From NCBI GenBank assembly GCA_001782035.1, contig MFNL01000004.1, positions 9,290-73,289 of the forward strand: a stretch of 64,000 nucleotides of DNA, in the 5' to 3' direction. Origin of the DNA: Candidatus Levybacteria bacterium RIFCSPHIGHO2_01_FULL_37_17. GTDB lineage: Bacteria; Patescibacteriota; Microgenomatia; Levybacterales; UBA12049. Every line of letters begins with the position of its first letter. Within the stretch, counting starts at the first letter, position 1. The notes under the pieces are model-generated. The model was not told where the DNA came from, ran no database searches, and saw only the letters and a list, made by a program, of their open reading frames with translations. Shown in pieces: positions 1-9,600 of this stretch. A program made the position numbers and the translations under genes.

Positions 1-1883
1 TTATCCTTATTGTCTGAAACCAGTTGTTTTACTTGCTCAAGTGCCACCTTTGCATTTTGTAAGTCTCCTTTTTGCCAATATGCAAAACCTAAATTATAGT
101 AAGCATTTGGTAAATCAGGCTTCAAATTAATTGCTGTTTGAAACTGTTCTATAGCCCTATCCCAGGCCTGAAGCTGGTAATAAATACCTCCCAAGTTTAT
201 GTATTCCTGCGGGTTTGTCGGGTCAAAAATCGCTGATTGTTGGGCAGCAAGTATGGCAAAGGAGTCGGCGTTATCTCCAAAACCAATTAAGCTTCTGTAA
301 ACTGCCGATAAATTCTGCCAGTTTGCGGCATTATACTGCGAAATTGTTGTTGCGCGCCTCGCCGAATTAATAGATTGCTGCACCAGGGAATAAATTGTCT
401 GTTGTTGCTGGGCAGAAGGGGACGAGCCTTGCGGAATTGAGCTAGAAAGAGAATTTGCAAGAGCAAGGTTTGTTTGGGAAAAAAGCCGATGATAGGAATC
501 TACATAGTTTCCGGTTAGACTGTTAAGGGATTGTAGCTGATTGTTGTAAGTTTCGTTTCCGTTATTTGCTCTTGCAAAAACGAGCGATTTTTGAAAAGTA
601 GTATTTGCCTGCACAAAATTAAAGGTTAAAAAGCCAAATAATGCCGTAAAAAGAAGAATTAAAACGAATATAATGGTAGAAAGCGTCCTTCCAAACCTCT
701 CGTTACCGGCGCCTTCCGATAATACAAAATAGCCTCGTTTTGATACATTCAACGAAAGCTCAAGTTCGGAATAATTTGCACCTCCGGTAAGGTTTTTAAA
801 GGAAGCGTAAAGGCCAAGAAGGAAGAAAAATAGCACCAAATGGAAAAAAGATAGTGGAAGGACAAAAAATGCAACTACTACTACCACCAAAGGAATAAAA
901 GGCTTTTTCTCTCTAACTATTTTGTATGCTAAAAATAAGAATGATGCGAGTCCGACTAAACCGGTTGTTGCTAAAAGTTCCAAAACAAAAGTAGTGGAGC
1001 GGAAGAATGTTAAGTTCCAAATATTGTCAAACTGATTAAAAGCGGCAGACTTAAATCTAAGAAAGCTGATTGCAAATTCGCCGTAACCTGCGCCAAATAA
1101 AAAGCCCGTCAAAAGCCTTTGAGCGTCTTGGGAAATAGCTGCAAATGCAGTTTGAAAACCGGTTGCAAGGGGCAGAATTAATGTAGTAGTAAGTTTTAGT
1201 GTGCTATATAATGATACAGCAAATCCAACTATTGTGATTAGGGTTAATAAAGATAGAAGAATGAGATGAAAATTTCTAGTTTCATTTTGCAAAACATGTT
1301 TCCATTTACCTAAAAAAGGAAATAGAAAATAACCTGCAAAAAGCAAAAGAAATCCCAGATAAATAGTTTGGTCAAGACCGCTTCCGAGTGGCGTAAAAGT
1401 TTGGTTTTTGGCAAAATCGTAGGGAAAAACATATAGTTTGAAGAAATTCAGTATAGAAATGAGTGAAAGCAAAGCTCCTCCCGCAATCAAAGAAAGGGTT
1501 AAAGCATTAAAAGATTTCTGATTTTTTATATTGTATGTTATTGCGTAAAAGGAAATACCCGCAAACATTATCGGTACAAAATTAATTAGGGAATCAAACC
1601 TTGCAACCGATAAAACCGCAGAAATTCCAAGCGCTATTATAAATAGTAATATTGGAAGGTCAAAAGGAGTTCTGCTTACCGGAAGTTTTTCCAAAATCAG
1701 AGTTTTAACTCCGTATAAAAGCAATAGAGCCAAAACGACAAAAATTAAGAGTGCTTGCTTAGGCAGTATAAATAAATCGGTTGTTATATCAGTAAAGAGA
1801 AGCGGGAAGACTACAAAGAGTCCGCCAAGCAAGGCAAGCGATGCTTTTTCTATTAATAAAGCCAGTTTTTCTTTTTCTCTCAT
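1..1883 (-). CDS. Multi-pass membrane protein, O-antigen ligase/oligosaccharyltransferase-like, with C-terminal TPRs (partial, runs off window start)
   Basis: Not in the ORF track. ATG at 1883 (MREKEKLA...) and the frame is still open at base 1 (only parts translated by hand). Many hydrophobic helices, a GAGYGEF-type loop, and TPR-like 'FDPTNPQEYINLGGIYY', 'LKPDLPNAYYNLG'. Architecture parallels 55789..58272. Confidence 0.7.
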   Translation of the reverse strand, partial: MREKEKLALLIEKASLALLGGLFVVFPLLFTDITTDLFILPKQALLIFVVLALLLLYGVKTLILEKLPVSRTPFDLPILLFIIALGISAVLSVARFDSLINFVPIMFAGISFYAITYNIKNQKSFNALTLSLIAGGALLSLISILNFFKLYVFPYDFAKNQTFTPLGSGLDQTIYLGFLLLFAGYFLFPFLGKWKHVLQNETRNFHLILLSLLTLITIVGFAVSLYSTLKLTTTLILPLATGFQTAFAAISQDAQRLLTGFLFGAGYGEFAISFLRFKSAAFNQFDNIWNLTFFRSTTFVLELLATTGLVGLASFLFLAYKIVREKKPFIPLVVVVVAFFVLPLSFFHLVLFFFLLGLYASFKNLTGGANYSELELSLNVSKRGYFVLSEGAGNERFGRTLSTIIFVLILLFTALFGFLTFNFVQANTTFQKSLVFARANNGNETYNNQLQSLNSLTGNYVDSYHRLFSQTNLALANSLSSSIPQGSSPSAQQQQTIYSLVQQSINSARRATTISQYNAANWQNLSAVYRSLIGFGDNADSFAILAAQQSAIFDPTNPQEYINLGGIYYQLQAWDRAIEQFQTAINLKPDLPNAYYNLGFAYWQKGDLQNAKVALEQVKQLVSDNKD

Positions 1884-1976
1884 TACTAAGTAGTTGATAT
1901 CTTGTAATTAGTATCTAGCACGTCAAATATAATGTCAAGGATAAAAACTGTTGTGCTATATTAGAAGATAAGCTTA

Positions 1977-3641
1977 ATGAAAAAAACTGTCTTCCTCTTT
2001 CTTGGGATTGGTTTTTTAGTCTACATTCAGTCTCTATTTAATGGGTTTGTTATTGATGATTTGACTCAAGTTGTAAACAATAACGTGCTTTACGGATTTG
2101 ATAAAATTCCCTCGATATTTGTTTACTTTTGGGGAAGCTATTATAAACCTTTATTCTACGTAACATTAAATATTATTTTGACTATTTTTGGCAATAATCC
2201 ATTTCCATTTCACCTAGCTCAGCTCATCTTCCATATTGCAAATACTGTCCTTATATTTCTTCTGTTTTCTAGATTCTTCAAAAAAAATGTAAGTTTTATC
2301 TTGGCTTTAATTTTTCTAGTTCACCCTGCAATTTCGGAAGCAGTTTTGTATATTTCAGCTTTTCAAGATGTTTTATACTCATTTTTTGGACTTATTGCTT
2401 TAAATATTCTAGTACGCTTCGAAAAACCAAAATACACGGCATTGGTATTTTTCTTTTTGATTCTTTCACTACTTTCTAAAGAAACCGGCATTGCATTTTT
2501 CGGCATTGCAGTTGTTTATAAATTTCTTTTTGATAGGACAAATTTTGTCAGATATCTAATATACTCCTCTTTAATTGTTGGAGTTTATGTTTTTATAAGG
2601 ATTGGAATTTTGAACATTAATCCTTTTAATTCCGCTTTTAAGCCAATTTGGACTTATGATTCAGATATTTATACTAGATTAATCAGTATTCCGAAAATTA
2701 TTTATAAATACTTAACGCTCTTTGTCTGGCCGGATAAGCTTCAGGTGATACAACTTTGGTGGGTTAGAAAAGTAAATTTTCAAGATTTTTACTTGCCATT
2801 AACTGCAATTACAGTTTTTTTTAGCGTAGTTAGTTTATATGGTATACGTAAATATCTATTATTAAAGAAAGAATCATTTCCGTATTTGTTTTTTCTTGCT
2901 TTTCTTGTAATAGGACTTCTTCTTCATATTCAAATTATTGCCTTAGATGCGACTTTTGCCGAACGCTGGTTTTATCTTCCCCTTATTGCTCTTTTAGGAC
3001 TTGTCGGATTTATCCTAAACCGAATTAAATTCAATTCAGGCACGAAAAAGATTTTTTATGTGTTGGCAATACTGATAATAATGCTTCTTTCTACCAGAAC
3101 TTTTATAAGATCATTTGATTGGTTAGGCCATAAAAGTTTAGCAGTTCACGACTTTGAGGTAGATAAATTAAATCCAGGAACCTATTTCTTGCTGGCCGAC
3201 TATTACATGGGGAATAAACAGTACGCAGATGCATATAAACTCTATACAAAAGTAGGGGAAATTGCACCTAAAAATGAAATTGTGGACAGTCCGTTGGCTT
3301 TTATCGAACTTTTCAGGGGAAATGAAAAAAAAGCGGAAGAAATACTACGAAACTCCCCTAAGACAATCTTACCTAATCTGCTGAATTATGCATACATATT
3401 ACTTAAGTCGGATCCTAAGGCAGGAAAGGTTCTTTTAGTTAATTCATTAAAAAAATTTCCAGATAGCTACGAAATTAATATATTACTTGGTCTAACAGAG
3501 TATAATTTAGGAAACAAGGAAGAAGCAGTTAAGTATATTAAAAAAGCTATAACCCTAAACAGGTCAAAGACAGCTGAATATAATATGCTTTTAAACTCAA
3601 TTGATAAAAATATTCCAATAAATATAAATTATAAACTGTAG
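1977..3641 (+). CDS. TMTC-like GT-C membrane glycosyltransferase with C-terminal TPRs
   Basis: FVIDD N-terminal acidic motif, YYKPL, FLVHP..SEAV, LLSKE, AERWFYLP, then TPR repeats; this motif order matches TMTC/GT105 O-mannosyltransferases. Confidence 0.75.
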   Translation: MKKTVFLFLGIGFLVYIQSLFNGFVIDDLTQVVNNNVLYGFDKIPSIFVYFWGSYYKPLFYVTLNIILTIFGNNPFPFHLAQLIFHIANTVLIFLLFSRFFKKNVSFILALIFLVHPAISEAVLYISAFQDVLYSFFGLIALNILVRFEKPKYTALVFFFLILSLLSKETGIAFFGIAVVYKFLFDRTNFVRYLIYSSLIVGVYVFIRIGILNINPFNSAFKPIWTYDSDIYTRLISIPKIIYKYLTLFVWPDKLQVIQLWWVRKVNFQDFYLPLTAITVFFSVVSLYGIRKYLLLKKESFPYLFFLAFLVIGLLLHIQIIALDATFAERWFYLPLIALLGLVGFILNRIKFNSGTKKIFYVLAILIIMLLSTRTFIRSFDWLGHKSLAVHDFEVDKLNPGTYFLLADYYMGNKQYADAYKLYTKVGEIAPKNEIVDSPLAFIELFRGNEKKAEEILRNSPKTILPNLLNYAYILLKSDPKAGKVLLVNSLKKFPDSYEINILLGLTEYNLGNKEEAVKYIKKAITLNRSKTAEYNMLLNSIDKNIPININYKL

Positions 3642-3657
3642 CTTATTCCTGTTTTGC

Positions 3658-6600
3658 TTAATTTATTATCAAGAAATTGAATTTAACATCAATTGGTACT
3701 GGCACGCTTATTCCTACAGTAAAGCTTTCTTGCGGCAATTGTCTTAAAAGATAAAGTGATTGACCCAGGGTTTGACTAACAGGTGTCACATAAATAAGTG
3801 AGTTCTCCGTTACAAGGGTGTTTTTAACAGTTATTTCGCTCTTATTAGCTTTTAGTGTTATTGTTCCGGCAGATCCCGTTGCTAAGACTTCATTTCCGGC
3901 AGCCAAAGCCTGCTGAGCGATAGATAAATTGAGCTTAGAAAATGTCCCGGCGCCTGATGCAACTAAATTTCCCAGACTATCAACTTTAAGGACTTCATCG
4001 GTTTCATTCTGAATTCTTAATTCTGAATTCTTAATTCCTATGTTGTTAGCATATAACGTTCCCTCAACGGTAACATCGCTTCCAAACTTGGCATCTCCAT
4101 TAGGGTCGATGTAAATTAAACCCGCCATAATTGAAATTCCTCCTTGTCTAAGGGGTTGCAGGTTTAAATCCGAACCTAGTATATTTATTGAGTTTTCCGC
4201 CAAAATTAGAGTCCCATTTATTGCAAGCTGTCCTACAATTGAAGTATCGGAAAGGGTAGTAATTCCATAAGTTGTAAGTCCTTGGCTAAATACAGCGGTC
4301 TGTGAATTCAAATTATCAACATAAGCAAGTTGACTAGAAAAAGTAGCGATATTTATGTAGTTACTAGATGCTAGTTCATAGTTACTAGTTCCGGAGGAAC
4401 TTGCTGACAGAGTTGGAAAAGGCTCACTAGTTGCTGCCTGTGAAGCAGTATAATAGTTATTCGTAACATAATTTGCCGAAAGAGTTGCCGTTTGTATATT
4501 TAATCCTTCTATCTGATCGGCAATTATTCTTTGAGCCCGCAGTGTTCCGGATAGAGTGGCATTGTTTGCACTAATATTTCCGCTTGAGTCAATAGATGCA
4601 ACAGCCGATCCGCTCGCGTTTTGAATCTCAAGCTTCGACTCACCCTTGTTATCATTTAGTTTTATTGCAATTTTTGCATCCGGATTTTTAGCCAACGGGT
4701 TAAGCAGATTTGTGCTTATCTGTTCGCTTGATGCAATTGGTGAAATTAATTGTTGCTGTGTGATTGTTTCATTGACAACTCTAGCTATATAATTTCTTAA
4801 ACTTTGACCTGCAATAGTCACAGAATCGGCAGTTACATTTAGCGAACTTGTAGTAATGCTTCCTATATTAGCCGATCCCGTTACTACGATATTTCTTGTA
4901 TTAATAATGCCCGATCGTATGTTTCCAATAAAGGCCTCCGCAAGCCCTGCGATTCTAGTTATATTTCTTCCCGACTCTTTTACTATAAATTGGTCCGGAT
5001 TCTGCTCAATAATACTCAGATTTCCGGAGTTACTTATAGCTAGATCGGCTTCGATATTTACCATTTTTGTTTTTTGGCCTTCTATCTGAAGTTGCTGGTC
5101 CTGTACACCCTTGACGATTAAAGGGGTTATCCTTCCATAATCTATTCCCCATGGATTACTTTTAAAATCATCCCCATTTGTTCCAGGGGAGACTGCAAAT
5201 TCATAAGCTTCATACAATTCCTGTGCTATAAAACCAGTTACTCGTGATTCATCAGAGATCCATGTGAAATCTCTAACTTTAATTTTCATTAAATCATCTA
5301 TGGTAAAATGAGTGTTTACTATATCCTTCTTTAATCTTGCATCTGAGGATGTTTCAAAAAAGGTACAATTACCCGCACATCCTTCTATATTCCCCTGGTT
5401 AACCTCATCGCTATCGCGAAAAGCTACAAACCAAGTATTCGCGGTACTGTCAGCAACTCCTGCCTGAATTAGCATTACATTCTGGTTGGCATTTGTGTTT
5501 GTATTTTCTACTGCTAATACCCAGCAGCTTGCGCATGCGCTTGAACTGCGGTTATAGGAAATGTCAACGTCTGTTGCGCTGTCAACAGTAGCATTAAAAA
5601 TAGCGCCGCCGTCTACTGTTAAGGCGCCTGAAAAGGCGCCTGTCGTAGCTGTAAAACTGATTGTCCCGTTGGTATTATTATCAATCGTTTCACCATTTTG
5701 AAGATTAATGTCTGTGGTAACCCCGGTGTTTGAAATGCTTATCGCAGTTGTAGCTGCGCCTGAGAGAGTGAAAGCTGTTCCGGTAGCATTACTTGAAATG
5801 TTTCCAGTTGAACTTACCTGGAAGTCATCTCCGTTTCCAACCGTGAAGAGAGCTGCCGGTGATGTATCTCCGATCCCCACATTACCGTTGTATTCAATTG
5901 TCAGCAAATTCGTAGCATCATATCTCCAGTCAATAAAAGCTGAAGAGGCAGTGTCTCGTGCCACAAGATGAAACGGTCCGTCGAGCCAACCATAAGGCTG
6001 AAGAGTTAATCTAGAGACTTCACCTGCAGTTCCGGCTGAGGCTATCTGGGAGCCAATATGAACATCAGATGCTCCAGCCGTGACAGCATCTACGGTTCCC
6101 CCATTGTTATCAAATATTGCCTTCCCTGTAAATTTAATGAATCCGTTGGTATTATTATCAATCGTTTCACCATTCTGAAGATTAATATCTGTAGTAACTC
6201 CTGTATTAGTAAAGTTAAGGCCTGTTGTTGCAGCGCCTGCAACAGTTATACCGCCAGTTCCGTCTACTCGTAAATTTGCATTTGTTTCAATATCCCCTTC
6301 AACATACAATTCTTCTGCTGTAGTAGCGATATCACCATCAGTGGATATGTTTCCTATGACAAACAAGCCATCAGATTTAATCTGAGCCCATACTGTGGCC
6401 CCAAAAATACTTGAAAAATATAAATCCTTTGCGCTACCGCTAGTAAGAGCAGATCCCGACTGTATATAATTTGCTGTTGAGTTTGCTGCAACTCTGAAGA
6501 TAGAATCATCAGTTGCAGATGAAAATATATCTACAGAGCCTCCATTTTCTATTTTAAATTTAGTTGTTCCAGAGCTTGAAGCAGTTAGTAAATCCTGATT

Positions 6601-9600
6601 TTCTAACTGGTCAAAAATCGCCAATGCTTTCCCCGTTACTTGCACTGATAATGGTCGAGTGGCGTGGAGCACAGAAATTGGCGTTGCTGTTCCTAATCCA
6701 AATAAATTGCTAGAGTCATTATAAAAAATATTGCTGTTGTCTTCTGCCAAAACTCCGCTTGTTCCTGCAAAAACTACGGAGCCAGCTGTAAAAGTAGTAT
6801 CAATTCCTCCGTCTGCGTAAATCAATCCATCTACCTCAAGCGCGTCTGATACAAGAAGATCGTTGCTCGCGCCAACATTTGCTCCGCCGGCTGTTGCAGT
6901 CCCAATTCTGTTATATGCAACAGCAGTTGAGCCTGCGATTTGAAATACGCCACTTGTTATAAGCGACGTTCCACCGGCAGGGTCTAAAAAGTAGGTAGAA
7001 TCGTTAATGTCATAATATTGCGAACTATAAGTATTCCCGCTGCTATCAATTCTAAATTGCGTAATCCCTGATTTACTTGCCGCGATAATATCTTGATTTT
7101 CTATCTGGTCAAATATAGCCAAAGCCTTACCAGTTGCACCTGCTAAAAGAGGTCTTGTGACATATAATTGCGAAATTGGATTACTATGCCCAATTCCCAC
7201 ATTTCCTTGCCCTTTAACTACAAATCTGGCTACACCACTGTTACTTGCGGTAATTAGATCGCCTGTTTTATCGTTATCAACAACAAGCGCTGCGAATGAA
7301 GTATGAGCAGAAATACTTGCAACCGGATTTGTCCCCTGGAATTTCCCTCCTGCTCCTATTAAGCGAAATGTGGCAGAGCTAGTGGCTTGAGCTCCGAAAA
7401 GGAAATCAACAGTACTGTTATTGGTATAGAGAGCTCCGGATGTTTGATTCCAGAATTCATCTGTTGTTACTCCAGTCCCACAATATCCAAATGCCGGACT
7501 TGTCCCACCAAGCAAACACTGGGATGAAGTTCCTGCTGTAGTCTGTGCTAAAACTCCGCTTCCATTTGTGTACAAAGGCCCACCATTTGAGGTAAAAGCG
7601 GAGAATGTGATTGTGCCGCTTGATGTTATACCTGTTGCCGCTGTAATAGCGCCTGTTGAGTTGATTTGGAAATCATCTCCGTCACCAACTGTAAAAAGGG
7701 AAGCAGGAGATGAGTCTCCGATTCCCACATTTCCTCCTGCAAATATGGCAGAGTAGTTAGTGCTTGATCCGGATTGGGAATCTATATACAAACCGTAAGA
7801 TGTTGTAGTCCCACTCAAACCTTGATTATTGACAAGAACACCGTATTGGGTGGTTGGTTTCAAGGAGCCAAGGGCCACAGGGGAACCTATTCTTGCCGTT
7901 GTCCCATTTGTTACTGCTCCCGAAACAGCACTGTAAACATTTGCAAAGTCTCCTGCAATTGCGTCCGTTATTGTAACACTTGAAGGGGGAGCAAAAAATG
8001 CAGCCAAAAGTCCACCCCTTGCCAGTGCAATGCTGGAGCTTGGAGCAAACGTGGGTGCAACATCTATTCCCGCGGGAATATTACCAGCTCCGTTAAAAGT
8101 ATTTCGCAGCCTTACTGAGGCAGCGTCATTGCTATTAGTTATTGTAGAGGTCACGCTTATTATGCCGACATTTGATCCTGTTGTAGTCAAACTTCCGGAA
8201 ACTACTACTTGACCATTTGCAACATCTAACAGTTGTGAAGGTGTTGTCGTACCAATTCCAACTTTCCCGCTATAACCGTTATTGGGCATAATTATTAATT
8301 GTCCGCTAATTGATGCTTGAGTTTGGTTGCTTAAGTTGGAAAGTCCTGTAAATGCAAATTTAGCACTAGTTGTCGCTTGGCCTCCGATAAGAAGATCAAC
8401 AGTTGAATTGTTAGGATACAAAGCTCCGTTTGTTTGGTTCCAGAAGAAATCAAGACTTTGGCCGGTTGCACAGCTCCCAAAACTGGGAGTCGTTCCACCA
8501 AGCAAACACTGAGTAGTTGTCCCTGCTGTAACTTGAGCAAGCTGCCCGCTTCCATTTGTATACAACGGACCACCATTCGAAGTAAAAGTAGAAAATGTAA
8601 TTGTTGAAGAAGCGGTAATGGTTCCTATATTTAGTAAATTTCCGGAGGAGTCAATTCTTTGCGTGCCCCCACTACCACCAGTATTTATTCCTGTTGTTCC
8701 ATTAAGCGTTGTTCCTTGAAATGTTCCATTTGTTTGAAGATTTCCTCCAATTGCTTTAATAAGATATATACCCCCGTAAAAATTGACTCCTTTCCCATCA
8801 TCTGTAAAGGCTAAGCCGCCGCCTGCAATTGTTACCCTGTCAGTAGGGGAAGCTGTGCCAACGGTTAGATTCCCTCCTGTTCCCGCATTTGGATATACGA
8901 CTAAATTTCCAGAAACTGTTGCAGTAGTTGTTCCGCTATTAACATTTAAAACCGCAAATTTCGCAGAAGTTGTTGATTGTCCGCCTATTAATAAATCTAC
9001 TGTTGAATTGTTAGGATATAGTGCTCCATCAGTTTGGTTCCAATAAAGTTCATTAGAAGGAGTACCTGCAGGACAGCTGCTCCAAGACGGAGCAGAGGCG
9101 CCTGAGAGCAAACACTGTCCTGCCGTATTTGTATTTGCCCCTGTCAAAACTCCTGTTGATACAGTTGCATACAGTACGTTATTGTTAGCGTTAAATCCAC
9201 TGAATGTAATAGTACCTCCCGCGGATAAGTTGTTAAGCCCTGTTACGCTCTGGTTATTTCCCGTTACAGCTCCTGTTAATGTTAGCGCTCCTAAACGTAG
9301 AGTACCACCGGAGGCTGAAATATCGTGATTTCCGGTGGCTGTAAAGGTTAAATCTGAATCTGCACCGCTTAAAGTAAGCCCAGTCGTGCCCTGAAGAGTC
9401 GAATCTCCGGCTAAAGTTTCGTTTCCGCTGTTATCAATTGTAAACTGGGCAATGCCTGAAGCTGATGCGCTAATAATAGGACCGGTTGAGTCTTGGTTAA
9501 TAGTAAATGCGCTTCTGCCGGAGCTTGTGGCAAGAACTGAGAACTCATCATTTATTTGTACGCTTCCGGGTACTGTTGAAATATTTCCTGAATTTGAGTT

